Source: Planktothrix sp. GU0601_MAG3 (GTDB lineage: Bacteria; Cyanobacteriota; Cyanobacteriia; Cyanobacteriales; Microcoleaceae). Taken from it: a stretch of DNA of 64,000 nt. Positions within the stretch are counted from its first letter, which is position 1. Every line of letters begins with the position of its first letter. The notes beneath the pieces were generated by a model. It was not told where the DNA came from. It did not search any database and was given only the letters and a program-made list of their open reading frames with translations. The translations under genes were made by a program, and so were the position numbers. Location: positions 992,001 to 1,056,000 of the forward strand of contig CP136572.1 of assembly GCA_035193785.1 (NCBI GenBank). The letters run 5' to 3'. Shown here in pieces: positions 34,690-45,755 of the stretch.

Positions 34690-34771
34690 AATAAAACTAA
34701 TATTAACTATCAACCAGATAAAAGTAGTGAGGCGTTCACGCCTCATTCAGCCCTAAAGGGCTTACTACATT

Positions 34772-35578
34772 CTAACTTCCTAACTCTTTTGAACGTTGAG
34801 TTGCGGCTTTTACGGCTTCAATTAATGCCGAACGAAATCCGGCTTTTTCCAGTTGGGAAACCCCAGCAATTGTTGTTCCCCCCGGACTGGTAACACGGTC
34901 TTTTAATTCGGCCGGATGTAACTTTGATTCCGATAGGAGTTGGGCGGTTCCTAATACCGTTGATAATGCTAATTGGGAAGCAATAGATCGAGGGAGTCCA
35001 GAGGCGACGCCACCATCGGCTAAGGCTTCAATTAAAATCGCCACATAAGCCGGGCCAGAACCCGATAATCCGGTGACGGCATCCATTAAGGTCTCCGCCA
35101 CCTCTACCACGTCTCCAACGGCCTGAAAAATGCCTTTGGTGAGGTCTAAATGGGAGGGTTGTACCAATTTTCCAGAGGCGATCGCACTGATCCCCGCCCC
35201 CACCGTCGCCGGAGTATTGGGCATAATTCTAATTACAGGATGCTGGGGAAAAGCTGTTTCTAATTTATTTAAAGAAACTCCCGCCAAAATAGACAAAATC
35301 ACCGTATTTGTTGATAGGGTTACACCCTCAGCTAATTCCGTTGCGATCGCGCCAAAAATTTGGGGTTTAATTGCTAATAAAAGGGCTTCCGTTGCCTGGG
35401 TTGTTTCTTTATTATTCTCCGCGATCGCCACGCCATAATGTTGAGATAAATAATTACGACGCTCTAATTGCGGGTCACTAATAATAATTTCAGCAGGTTG
35501 ATAAATATTGGCAGAAATTAAGCGGGATATAATAGCTTCCGCCATCACCCCGCCACCAATTACACCTAATTTAAACAT
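34772..35578 (-). CDS. proC: Pyrroline-5-carboxylate reductase
   Basis: GGGVMA, RIMPNTP, GLSGSGPAY and VTSPGGTT. Confidence 0.96.
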   Translation of the reverse strand: MFKLGVIGGGVMAEAIISRLISANIYQPAEIIISDPQLERRNYLSQHYGVAIAENNKETTQATEALLLAIKPQIFGAIATELAEGVTLSTNTVILSILAGVSLNKLETAFPQHPVIRIMPNTPATVGAGISAIASGKLVQPSHLDLTKGIFQAVGDVVEVAETLMDAVTGLSGSGPAYVAILIEALADGGVASGLPRSIASQLALSTVLGTAQLLSESKLHPAELKDRVTSPGGTTIAGVSQLEKAGFRSALIEAVKAATQRSKELGS

Positions 35579-35649
35579 AAAATAAACTCGTAAAATAAAG
35601 CCGTTAGCTGTTAACCCTTTACAGTTGAGAAGGGATCACCGAAAAAGAA

Positions 35650-35915
35650 GGTTTTGGGGGTTAGGGTCTAGGTTCTAGGTTTTAGGTTTTAAGTTCTAGG
35701 TTTTGGGTTACAGGTTACAGGTTCTAGGCTTTAGGTTCTAGGGTTCTAGGTTCTGGGGTTCTAAGAATTGTTAATTTCTTCCCTCCCCCTGCTCCCCCTG
35801 CCTCCCCTGCCTCCCCTGCCTCCCCTGCCTCCCCTGCCTCCCCCTGCTCCCCCTGCCTCCCCTGCCTCCCCTGCCTCCCCTGCCTCCCCTGCCTCCCCTA
35901 CTCCCCCACTCCCTT
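35650..35915. repeat. STRR arrays: TCTAGGT-type heptamers and CCCCTGCCT 9-mers
   Basis: Tandem repeats between sepF and proC. Confidence 0.9.
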
Positions 35916-35923
35916 CTACTAAT

Positions 35924-36533
35924 TTACTGAATAGCCTGCGCTCTTTCTGGCTGCCATGGGGGGGCTGCCGGGCTGCTGGTGCGGGGGTTGCGGGCTTGGG
36001 GGATGCCTTCATGGACAACGCCGCCGCCTTGAGTTCTGACCTGAACGCAACTGGGCGTAAACAGGAAAATGCTTTCCCCAATTCGTTCTTGATGGCCGTC
36101 GAGGGCGAAGGTTCCACCAGCGACAAAATCAACGGCTCTTTGGGCCTGATCAGGATCCATTAAAGTTAAATTTAGAACTACAGATTTGCGTTCTTTCAGG
36201 GCGCGAATGGCCGTAGGCATTTCTTCAAAGGTGCGGGGTTTCCATCACCACGACTTCAGAAATTCCATTCAGAGCGCCGGGCATTCCAATAACATTACTC
36301 ATTGTTGATCCGATTCCAACTTCAGACATTACACCAGTATTCATAGATCCAGTAGACCGTTGTGACCGACGAGACGCCCGGGGGTCTTCTGCCGCCACGG
36401 TCGGGGCGGGCTGTTCTTGCGGGGGGGGATAGTTACCCGGGTAGCGATTCCCCTCCGTTTCGTCATATTCGTAATCGTATTCTACAGAGTCATTGAACCC
36501 TACAAAATCTTTTAGTCTATTAAAAATGTTCAC
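35924..36533 (-). CDS. sepF: Cell division protein SepF (one frameshift)
   Basis: SNVIGMPG...EVVVM, then [24 protein letters not shown]...IFLFTP. Confidence 0.93.
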
Positions 36534-36655
36534 AGTCTAGTCTCCATCACTCACGACTTTAGAATTTCAACTCAACTTCCAGTTTAGATGGGTTGAGGGT
36601 CTGGTTTATATTGAATTTGTGTAAGACTCGCCTATTTTACTGTTAATTGTTGTAT

Positions 36656-37327
36656 TTAACTCCTCCTTTGGCCAAAAATTATCCGTCCTAGTCGAATCAT
36701 GGTAGCACCTTTTTGAACCGCTAGAGGATAATCTTCCGACATTCCCATTGATAATTCCTGCATCCTAATATTAGTCCAATTCTGTTGTCTAATTGTTTCT
36801 GCTAATTCCCGGGTGCGTTCAAAAATATCCAGGGTTTCGGACTCGGTTAACCCCAGGGGGGGAATCGTCATTAAACCTTGAATTTTGAGGTGCTGACAGT
36901 CATTTAACTGGGGCAATTCTGTCAAGAGTTCGGGGATAGTCCAGCCAAACTTATTAGGATCGGGGATAATTTTAACTTGAAGACAAACTTGGGGTTGACA
37001 GCCTAATTCCCCGGCTAGATGATCTAAACGTAGGGCTAACTTTAAACTATCTACGGATTGAATCCATTGAAACAGTTGTAATGCTTTTGTGGCTTTATTG
37101 GTTTGCAAATTACCGATTAAATGCCAAGTAATATCACTGAGATCTTGGAGTTGAGGATATTTTTCCGCCGCTTCTTGGACGCGATTTTCTGCAAAATCTC
37201 GAATTCCAGCTTGATAAGCGACCCGCATGGCTTCAACGGAAACTGTCTTTGTGACCGCAATTAATCGCACCGACTCGGGAATGGAGTCTCGAATTTTAGC
37301 AATTTGTTCGGTAATCAAATCAGTCAT
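36656..37327 (-). CDS. pipY: YggS/PipY PLP-homeostasis protein
   Basis: IAVTK, FAENRVQE, WHLIGNLQTNK and LSMGMSEDY. Confidence 0.93.
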   Translation of the reverse strand: MTDLITEQIAKIRDSIPESVRLIAVTKTVSVEAMRVAYQAGIRDFAENRVQEAAEKYPQLQDLSDITWHLIGNLQTNKATKALQLFQWIQSVDSLKLALRLDHLAGELGCQPQVCLQVKIIPDPNKFGWTIPELLTELPQLNDCQHLKIQGLMTIPPLGLTESETLDIFERTRELAETIRQQNWTNIRMQELSMGMSEDYPLAVQKGATMIRLGRIIFGQRRS

Positions 37328-37362
37328 ATTGAGTAAATGGGTCGTTGGCAGTTTTAGCTAAA

Positions 37363-37633
37363 CTATTGAAAAGTGTTACGATGGACTTCTTGGAGTTTTT
37401 TGTATTCCTCTGCCTGTCCAGTGCGGCGGAGCATTCTCAGGCGAATTTCCAGTAAAAGTTTGGCATCGGAACGACTAATGGGTTCAAATTTAAGTCCCGG
37501 TGGCCCCTGAGTCACTAAAAAAAATAGGCGCTGGGCGTAAAGGGTTGTAAATAGTTCTTGATGATCCTCAACCGGGCATATTTTGAACAATAGCCCGAAG
37601 TTGGGATGGTTTCATGTAGGTTTCTGTGGTCAT
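37363..37633 (-). CDS. pipX: PII-interacting protein PipX (one extra A near the start)
   Basis: Corrected start MTTETYMNHPNFGLLFKIC..., ELFTTLYAQRLFFLV; upstream of pipY. Confidence 0.92.
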
Positions 37634-37720
37634 AAAAATAGTTCGGTACGTGGGAAACTCAAAGGATTTAGCCCTGAGAGGGAAACGACACGGGCGGTTT
37701 TAACCTCCGTGAATCTTTCT

Positions 37721-37822
37721 TCAATTAGCCGCATGGTGCAGATCTTCAATGTATTTTTTAACCACATCACTACTAATATTACCTGCGGTACTCACAAAAT
37801 AGCTGCTTGTCCACAGACTAGA
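37721..37822 (-). pseudogene. tnpA: C-terminal fragment of the IS200-type Y1 transposase TnpA
   Basis: Minus-strand frame SSLWTSSYFVSTAGNISSDVVKKYIEDLHHAAN*; the HUH-containing N-terminus is missing. Confidence 0.8.
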
Positions 37823-37880
37823 TTGACATATCGACTATACTGCTTCATGCTGTTTAATAGCAATGTCTCTGAAATAAAAC

Positions 37881-39170
37881 ATGGCTAAAGCTAGAAGTAA
37901 AACCCAAAAAAAGCCGAAAGTGCTGTTAGGGGTTCAGCAAAACTTAATCACTACAAACACTGAATTAAAATCAGTTATTGAATACATTTGTTCTGAGTCA
38001 AACAAACTCCATAATTGTGCTACTTATTATGCTCGTCAAGTGTATTTTAAAGCGCACAAATATGTGACCAGCTTTGACATCGTAAAAAACCTCACTAAAA
38101 ATGTACATTTCTCAGCTATTCCATCCGATGCTGCCGCACAAACCTGTATCTTAGTGGGAGAGTCAATTAGTTCATTTGCCAAGTTAAAAGAACTATGGCT
38201 AAATGGTCAACTTGAGAATAAACCTAAACTGCCCAATTATCGCAAGCCTGGGTATCAATTAATAGCCTTCCCCAAACGGGCATTAAGATTGATTGATGGG
38301 CAAATTAGATTCCCTTTAGGTTTGCGCGTAAATGCTTGGTTTGGGCTAAAAGAGTTTTTTCTACCAATGCCATCCAACCTTGAATTTGAAACTCTTAGAG
38401 AGGTGCGGATACTACCCAGAAACGGTTGTTTTTATGCTGAATTTGTCTATCCAGTTGTAGTTGAAAAACCTGCTTTAGATCCAGCTAAATGCTTGGGTTT
38501 AGATCACGGTTTAAATAATTGGTTGACAGGAGTTAGCAATGTGGGAACGAGCTTTATTATTGATGGTAAACACTTAAAATCTGTTAACCAGTGGTACAAC
38601 AAGCAAGTTGCTAAGTTTACGACTAATCAACCTAATGGATTCTGGTCTAAACGTTTAGCCGCAATGACTGAGAAGCGTAATAGGCAAATGCGAGATGGCA
38701 TCAATAAAGCGGCTCGTGTAGTGATTCAACACTGTTTAGATAAAGGTATCGGTACTTTAGTTTTTGGTTGGAACAAAGGGCAAAAGTCTGGTATAGATTT
38801 AGGTAAGAAAACTAATCAAAACTTTGTACAAATACCTACCGCTAGACTTAAAGCAAGAATACAACAACTCTGTGATCTTTATGGTATTCAGTTTGAGGAA
38901 ACTGAAGAAAGTTACACAAGTAAAGCTAGTTTTTTAGATGTTGATACCATTCCTACTTACGGTGAAAAACCCGAAGGATGGAAAGCGTCTGGGAAACGAG
39001 TTAGCCGCGGATTGTATCGTACTTCTGAGGGTGTTGAAATTAATGCTGACTGCAACGGTTCGGCAAACATTTTAAGAAAAGTATCGGTGAAACTTGGGCT
39101 TGTCCTGGGTGGAATCAGTAGCGGCGACTTGAAAGCGCCTTTGAAGTTCAGAATTTGGACTCTTCAATAA
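37881..39170 (+). CDS. tnpB: RNA-guided endonuclease TnpB (intact ORF)
   Basis: GLDHGLNN, EESYTSKASFLD and INADCNGSANILRK; 429 aa. The RuvC-II position reads VFGWN. Confidence 0.92.
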   Translation: MAKARSKTQKKPKVLLGVQQNLITTNTELKSVIEYICSESNKLHNCATYYARQVYFKAHKYVTSFDIVKNLTKNVHFSAIPSDAAAQTCILVGESISSFAKLKELWLNGQLENKPKLPNYRKPGYQLIAFPKRALRLIDGQIRFPLGLRVNAWFGLKEFFLPMPSNLEFETLREVRILPRNGCFYAEFVYPVVVEKPALDPAKCLGLDHGLNNWLTGVSNVGTSFIIDGKHLKSVNQWYNKQVAKFTTNQPNGFWSKRLAAMTEKRNRQMRDGINKAARVVIQHCLDKGIGTLVFGWNKGQKSGIDLGKKTNQNFVQIPTARLKARIQQLCDLYGIQFEETEESYTSKASFLDVDTIPTYGEKPEGWKASGKRVSRGLYRTSEGVEINADCNGSANILRKVSVKLGLVLGGISSGDLKAPLKFRIWTLQ

Positions 39171-39277
39171 TCTCAGCGGCTTTAGCTCTGAGAGTTTCAA
39201 TCAGTTTCAAAACGAACGAATTAAGGGCTTGATTTGGGAGACAGAACTATTTTAGGTGATCGGGTCAACTCAGAATC

Positions 39278-40184
39278 TCAAATTTCCCTTCCCCAAACTA
39301 ACCGGACACCCCAGAATACCATCAGACAAATCAGAGCTACTCCATCCCAAGGTTTAAAGCGAAGTTGATGCCATTCTACCCGATGTTGATCGGGACTGGT
39401 GAACCCTCGAACCTGCATGGCGCTGGCAATTTGTTCGGCGCGTAATAATAAATTTTGTAAAAGCCTTTCTGCCAGGGTTAGCCAGACCTGGGTGGTTCGT
39501 CGTATTCCTAGTTTTTTCCAATTAATGGCCCGGGTTCTGACAGAAACGGATTAAATTTTGAATTTCTTCTAAAACTAAGGGAAAAAATCGCAGGGATAGG
39601 GTCAGGGTTAAAGCAATTTCTGTAACGGGTAATTTTAACTTTCGTAGGGGTTCCATGAGGCTTTCTAAAGCCATGGCAATTTCTTCGGAAGCCGTGGTTA
39701 ATAAATACAAATTTGTACTATAAACCAAGGTAAATAATAGGGTACTTGTCCTAATTGCTAAATCAACGGAATAGCGGGTAATTTCTATGGGCCCTTGGGA
39801 AAATAATACATACCTATAGGATGTGGGTTGAGGTAATATTTCTGTTGATCCTGATGCAGAAAAGGTTAATTCCTGTTCAGGAAGTCGAGGTTGATGGTTG
39901 ACGGCCAAACCATCGGGCATAATGCAACTTAATAGAAATAATAACCCACAAAACATCAGTAACCACCCCATTTGTCGCTTCCAAACCCGGAAAGGAATAC
40001 GCGCCAATAGGGTGATTAAAACTAACAATCCAACTAAGACCAATCGCCACCCCGGGTTAGCTAATAAAGGAGCCACTAAAAAGCTCATTAACCAAATTAA
40101 CTTAACCCGGGCATCGAGACGATGTAACCCGGTAATCGGTTGTTCTAAATATAATCCAATGGGAAGCGATCGGAGTAAGTCCAT
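39278..40184 (-). CDS. ECF transporter T component (CbiQ/Ycf92-like; one frameshift)
   Basis: MDLLRSLPIGLYLEQP..LHRLD.RVK and LSLRF.PLVLEE; downstream frame RTRAINWKKLG...AMQVRGF...GREI*. Confidence 0.88.
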
Positions 40185-40188
40185 AGAT

Positions 40189-40320
40189 GAGGGGCAGGGG
40201 GAGCAGGGGGGCAGGGGGAGCAGGGGAGGCAGAGGGGGGCAGGGGAGGCAGGGGAGGCAGGGGGAGCAGGGGAGGCAGGGGAGGCAGAGGGAGCAGGGGG
40301 AGTGGAGGGAGTGGAGGGAG
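40189..40320. repeat. STRR array (GGGGAGCAG/GGGGAGGCA on the + strand)
   Basis: Tandem 8-9-mers, G-rich on +. Confidence 0.92.
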
Positions 40321-40322
40321 AT

Positions 40323-40709
40323 TTAGTGTTTTATTAGCCAGGGTGTGGGATTGTTGATCATGGTGACAAGACCCGCTAAAACTTGGTTGTAGGTTCCATA
40401 AAGTTCTCTGCCTGTTTCTGCGTTCATGTAATGGCATCTGACTGCAAATTGAATCCAAGTTTGGGTTTCTGATGCTTCAGATTCGCAATCATTAAGTTTA
40501 GCAATAAAAGCAGCTTCATACCGACGTTTTCGCCAGGCTTCGGCAAAATTTGCACAAACAGAACGTGACGAACGACGAATCTGATCGGTGAGTGAATATC
40601 GTTCTTCCACTGGAAATTTTTTAGACAGTTCAAAAATTTGCATAGCAACTTCAAACGCCTTCTTATATATCTCCAAATCCCTATGATCTTTAAACGGTTC
40701 TCTGTCCAT
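40323..40709 (-). CDS. Four-helix-bundle protein (23S rRNA IVP / Avd-like family)
   Basis: HRDLEIYKKA, FPVEERYSLTDQIRRSSRSVCANFAEAW and E..ETQTW. Confidence 0.92.
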   Translation of the reverse strand: MDREPFKDHRDLEIYKKAFEVAMQIFELSKKFPVEERYSLTDQIRRSSRSVCANFAEAWRKRRYEAAFIAKLNDCESEASETQTWIQFAVRCHYMNAETGRELYGTYNQVLAGLVTMINNPTPWLIKH

Positions 40710-40862
40710 CTACCTCAAGACTTAAAAGTTCGTCCAAATAACACAAGTCTAAATTATTTGTATCATAGTCGTGCTTACGGGGTAAGAGTTTGACCTGGGT
40801 TTGATTTGTACAACTCAAATAGACTTGCTATAGTCATTGAATACTCAAGCCGGTCAACAGAG

Positions 40863-40930
40863 GCTCCCCTACCTCCCCTACCTCCCCTGCTCCCCCTGCT
40901 CCCTCCACTCCCCCTGCTCCCCTTGCTCCT
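40863..40930. repeat. STRR array (CCCCTGCTC-type on the + strand)
   Basis: Same repeat family as 40189-40320 in the opposite orientation. Confidence 0.9.
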
Positions 40931-40931
40931 A

Positions 40932-42297
40932 CTACTTAACGCGGGTAGCTCGGTTAGCGGGATTTCGTTCGATTTCTCGGGCGGATTTGCCTCGCCAAAT
41001 TAACTTAATTGGTGTGCCTTTAAAGCCCAATTGTTTACGGAATTGACCATCAATATAACGGCGGTAATTTTCATTAAATCGTTTAGGATCATTAACAAAT
41101 AAAACCAGCGTTGGGGGTTTACTACTGACTTGGGTTCCATAGTAGATTTTTCCCTGTTTTCCTTGGCGAGTAACGGGGGGAGAATGCCAACTAATTGCTT
41201 CTTCGATTACTTCATTAATCACGGCCGTTGAGACCCGTCGTTCATGGCCTTCGGCGGCGGTATCCACTAAATTGAGAATTTTTTCTACCCGTTGACCGGT
41301 TTTAGCACTGATAAAAATTAATTCCGCCCAATCCATAAAATAGAGTTTGGCTCGGACTTCTTTTTCATAGTCTAAAATAGTATAGGTATCCTTCTCGATC
41401 GCATCCCATTTATTCACCACAATTACACAGGATCGACCCTCTTCAATAATCCGATCAGCTAATTTTTGATCTTGATCGGTGACTTGATCAATGGCATCAA
41501 TTACGAGTAACACCACATCCGCCCGATTAATAGCTTTAAAAGCTCGATTAATCCCAAAAAATTCCGCCCCATATTCCACATTTTTCTTGCGTCGAATTCC
41601 GGCGGTATCAATTAAGCGATAGGTTTTCCCATCCCGTTCAATTACCGTATCAATAGCGTCCCGGGTTGTGCCGGAAATCGGACTAACAATGGCGCGATTT
41701 TCTCCTAAAAAGGCATTTAATAAACTAGATTTGCCCACATTTGGACGACCAATAATCGCTACTTTAATTTCTTTTTCCGTTTCGATTTCATCAATCGGTG
41801 GTAAATATTTAATCAACTCATCTAATAATTCCCCGGTTCCCGATCCATGAATTCCAGAAACTGGATAGGGTTTCCCCTAGTCCCAATTCCCAAAAATCGG
41901 CGGCTTGAATCATTCCGGTGGTGGGAGATTCACATTTATTTACGGCTAATAAAATCGGTATTGATTGTTCTCGTAACCAAGTTGCGATCGCTTCATCCCC
42001 GCCCGTCAATCCCATTTGACCATCCACCACAAAAATCGCGGCGGTGGCTTCGGTTAAAGCGATCATTGCTTGTTCTCGAATCAGGGGCAAAAATTCCGTA
42101 TCATCATCAAAGACTAAACCCCCGGTATCGACGACTTGAAATTCTCGATCCTGCCAAAAAGCGGGACGATAGGTGCGATCGCGGGTAATACCGGGCTGAT
42201 CATGCACAATCGCTTCGGGATTTCCCACCAAACGATTGGCTAGAGTTGATTTTCCCACATTAGGACGGCCAATAATAGCAACAATAGGTAAAGACAT
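40932..42297 (-). CDS. der: Ribosome biogenesis GTPase Der/EngA (one frameshift)
   Basis: Two GRPNVGKS G-domains, DTGG/DTAG, NKCE/NKWD and a KH-like C-terminus. Confidence 0.96.
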
Positions 42298-42455
42298 AAA
42301 TTTGGTAAGACGTAATTAACGGTAGGGGTATAATTGCTTTTCTCCTACATTGTGCTGGGGCTAACAGTAATTGGCAAAGGGTTAATTTTGGATTCTGACG
42401 CTTTTCGCACAGCATTTTAATTGTACATTGAAAATCTACATTAAATCAAACAGTT

Positions 42456-43706
42456 ATGGAACGTGGGATTTCACTTTTGGGATTATTTGTTTTTGTCGGA
42501 ATTTCCTATCTCTGTTCTGTGAATCGCCAAGCGGTACGTTGGCATCCGGTTTTATGGGGGATTGGATTACAGTTTATTTTAGCCGTACTCATCCTCAAAA
42601 CTCAGCCTGGTTTTGCTGTTTTTGCGTTTTTAGGAAATGCGGTCAGTCAGTTTCTTAACTTTTCTGATCAGGGGGCTAAATTTGTTTTTGGAGAAGATTT
42701 TCAAGACCATTTTATTGCTTTTAAAGTCTTACCAACAATTATTTTCTTCTCCTCTTTTATTTCTATTTTATATCACTATAGAATTTTACAAAAAGTTGTA
42801 GAAGCCGTGGCTTGGATCATGATCCGAACTTTGAAAACATCCGGTTCCGAAACCCTATCCTGTTCGGCTAATATTTTTATCGGACAAACGGAGGCTCCGT
42901 TATTAATTAAACCCTATATTTCTACCCTAACTAATTCGGAACTTCATGCGGTGATGACCGGAGGATTTGCTACCATTGCCGGAGGGGTAATGGCTGCTTA
43001 TATTTCCTTTGGTATTCCCGCCGAACATATTCTGGCGGCTTCTGTGATGTCGGCGCCTGCTGCTTTGGCAATTTCTAAACTATTCTATCCTGAAACAGAA
43101 ATCTCTCTAACCAAAGGAAAAGTTAAAATAGAGGTTAAACCCACTTCTGCTAATGGGATTGATGCGGCGGCAACTGGGGCTAGTGATGGGATGAAATTAG
43201 CCTTAAATGTGGCAGCCATGTTAATTGCTTTTTTGGGATTATTAGCTTTAATTAATGGGATTTTACAATGGTTGGGAAGTTTTTGGGGTATGCCTTCCCT
43301 ATCTTTAGAAGGAATTTTGGGCTATTTATTTGCCCCGATCGCTTGGTTAATGGGAATTCCCATGGCAGATTGTTTACAGGTGGGAAGTTTATTGGGTAAA
43401 AAAACAGTTTTAAATGAATTTATTGCCTATTTAGATTTAAAACAATTGATGGAAAATTCCCAACAAATTGCCCAAGGTAAGGTGGCAGAAAATGCAGTTT
43501 CTACAATTTCTGAACGGGCTATAATTATTTCTACCTATGCCCTCTGTGGGTTTTCTAATATTGGTTCGATTGCCATACAAATTGGGGGGATTTCTGCGAT
43601 CTCCCCCGATCGACAAGCCGATGTTGCCCGCCTAGGAATTAGGGCCATGATCGCGGGTTCCATTGCCTGTTTTATGACCGCTTGTATTGCCGGAATACTA
43701 TTGTAA
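42456..43706 (+). CDS. NupC/CNT nucleoside transporter
   Basis: NIFIGQTEAPL, GFATIAG, NEFIAY and YALCGFSN.GS. Confidence 0.93.
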   Translation: MERGISLLGLFVFVGISYLCSVNRQAVRWHPVLWGIGLQFILAVLILKTQPGFAVFAFLGNAVSQFLNFSDQGAKFVFGEDFQDHFIAFKVLPTIIFFSSFISILYHYRILQKVVEAVAWIMIRTLKTSGSETLSCSANIFIGQTEAPLLIKPYISTLTNSELHAVMTGGFATIAGGVMAAYISFGIPAEHILAASVMSAPAALAISKLFYPETEISLTKGKVKIEVKPTSANGIDAAATGASDGMKLALNVAAMLIAFLGLLALINGILQWLGSFWGMPSLSLEGILGYLFAPIAWLMGIPMADCLQVGSLLGKKTVLNEFIAYLDLKQLMENSQQIAQGKVAENAVSTISERAIIISTYALCGFSNIGSIAIQIGGISAISPDRQADVARLGIRAMIAGSIACFMTACIAGILL

Positions 43707-43850
43707 TAAAAAACGGTTTCGGTCGCCTCAAAAAATGATTGATTTTTGTAAAGCAAAACCGACAACTCGCAACACTATTTTACACTGAGACAGCCTATCC
43801 AAAACTACAATATAAATAAAACATAAAAAATACTCTGCCTGGCTAGACCT

Positions 43851-45624
43851 ATGGGTTATTTGTCAACTTTTGTCTCTCTCTATAAAATGATGGTTTGGGC
43901 GGGTCTTTGTTTCCTACCTTCCCTGGGAATTTTTGCCTTATTAATAATTGCCAACCCCAAGGTAAAATTTGTTCTATTTACTTTCCATGAAATTTCTATT
44001 ATTCTGGCTTGTTTGATATCGGCTTTAGTAGGCATTGTTGCTTATCACTGTTATCAGAAACAGGGAACTCAAACCCTAAGATATTGGTCATTTGCATTTT
44101 TGGGATTTGCAATTATTTATTCTTGGCATGGAATTCTCACTCGAAACTGCAACCTTTAGTCCAATTATCTTTCTCATTTTTGGCCCGACTTCTCGAATTA
44201 TTTTAGCGGCTTATTTATTCTGGGGTATTACCAAAATTAATGCTAATCCAGATCCGATTAACCTTCGATTTAAAGCATCTAAATGGCGGCCCCATATCGT
44301 TTTTTTTCTGATTTTAAGTATATTTTTATTGGGTTTAGTTTTTTCTCCCCTACCCATTTCTGTTTTCTATATTAAGTTATTAGAACAGATTTCTCTGGCA
44401 ATTCTGATCTGTGTTTTGCTCCGAATGCTACCTTTAATTCCCATTCGCTCATCTTTACTTTTATCTCACTTTTTCGCCCTGAGTTTCTTTATCCAAGCAT
44501 CGGTTGCTTTTCTTGTGAGTATGCCTTGGAATGCGATGTGGTGGTATGCTCATCTTTGCTCGGGCGCAGGATTTCTGATTTTGGGGTATGGTATTCTTCG
44601 ATCCTATGAGACAACGGAAACCTTTGATCAAATTTATGACTTAAAAGAATTACAAGACAAACTATTTACCAGTGAAGCAAAACGAACGGAACTAGGGCTA
44701 ATTATTGAGGAAAAAGAAAGAGCAGAACAAGGATTAAAAAATGCTTTAGAAGATTTACAGAAAACCCAGATCCAACTGGTACAAAGTGAAAAAATGTCCG
44801 CCTTGGGAGCTTTGGTTGCCGGGGTAGCCCATGAAATCAATAATCCGGTTAGTTTTATCAGTAGTAATTTAGTTCATTGTGAAATGTATCTGAATGATTT
44901 AATGAGTCATATTCAACTCTATGAACAACAAAATTTTTCCTATGGGGATGAAATTGAAAAAAATAGACAGGATATTGAATTAGACTATATTATTGATGAT
45001 TTTCCGAGATTAATTGCTTCTATGAAAGAAGGAACATCTCGCTTAATTGAAATTAGCCAAAGTTTGAGGATATTTTCCCGTTCTGACAATCAATCGAAAG
45101 TGGCATTTAATATTCATGATGGAATTGATAGCACCTTAATGATTCTGCGTCATCGTTTGAAAGCCAATGAAAAACATCCTGAAATTAAGGTGAGCAAACA
45201 ATATGGAAATCTCCCTCAAATTCTGTGTTACCCAGGACAACTGAATCAAGTTTTTATGAATTTAATCTCCAATGCTATTGATGCTTTAACTGAACCGAGT
45301 TCAGACAATAAAAATTCATCCCGCCTAAAAAAAACTCCCGAAATTTCAATCACCACTGGAACTAAATCTCAACAACACAAAGTAATAATTATGATTGAAG
45401 ATAATGGGGGAGGGATGAGTCCCGAGATCATGCACCGAGTTTTTGATCATCTATTTACCACAAAACCCGTGGGTCAAGGCACAGGTTTAGGATTATCAAT
45501 TTCTCGTCAAATTATTGAAGAAAAACATCAGGGTAAAATCTATTGTTCCTCAATACTAGGAGAGGGAACCTGTTTCACGATTGAAACTGGGGATTACCAC
45601 TGTTTTAGATATTTAGGGAATTAA
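43851..45624 (+). CDS. Membrane-bound sensor histidine kinase (at least one frameshift)
   Basis: Multi-TM N-terminus; QSEKMSALG.LVAGVAHEINNP, NQVFMNLISNAID and FTTKPVGQGTGLGL. Confidence 0.9.
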
Positions 45625-45755
45625 ATTAGAGGGGAAAGGGGGAAAGACCTCTATTTAGTTGCGAAACCTTTTGCGTTAGGCTATAAACTCGAACAAAGCA
45701 TTTTAATTGCTTTGTGTTTTTTGCATCTTAACGACCTACCCGGAAATTTTGAACT

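Larger units (their letters stand above)
37644..39200 (+). mobile_element. IS605-type element with a tnpA remnant and intact tnpB
   Basis: Related subterminal hairpins CTCA..TTTAG..CTGAGAG at 37658-37680 and 39172-39195; right end TCAA at 39197-39200; left boundary approximate. Confidence 0.8.

Noticed and set aside
37583..37888. 101-aa plus-strand ORF
   Set aside because: It spans the pipX start, the IS left end and the antisense tnpA remnant; no coherent protein.
40323..40709. Diversity-generating retroelement (Avd)
   Set aside because: No reverse transcriptase or TR/VR pair is visible, and the WD40 variation involves varied base changes within tandem repeats rather than a separate template.
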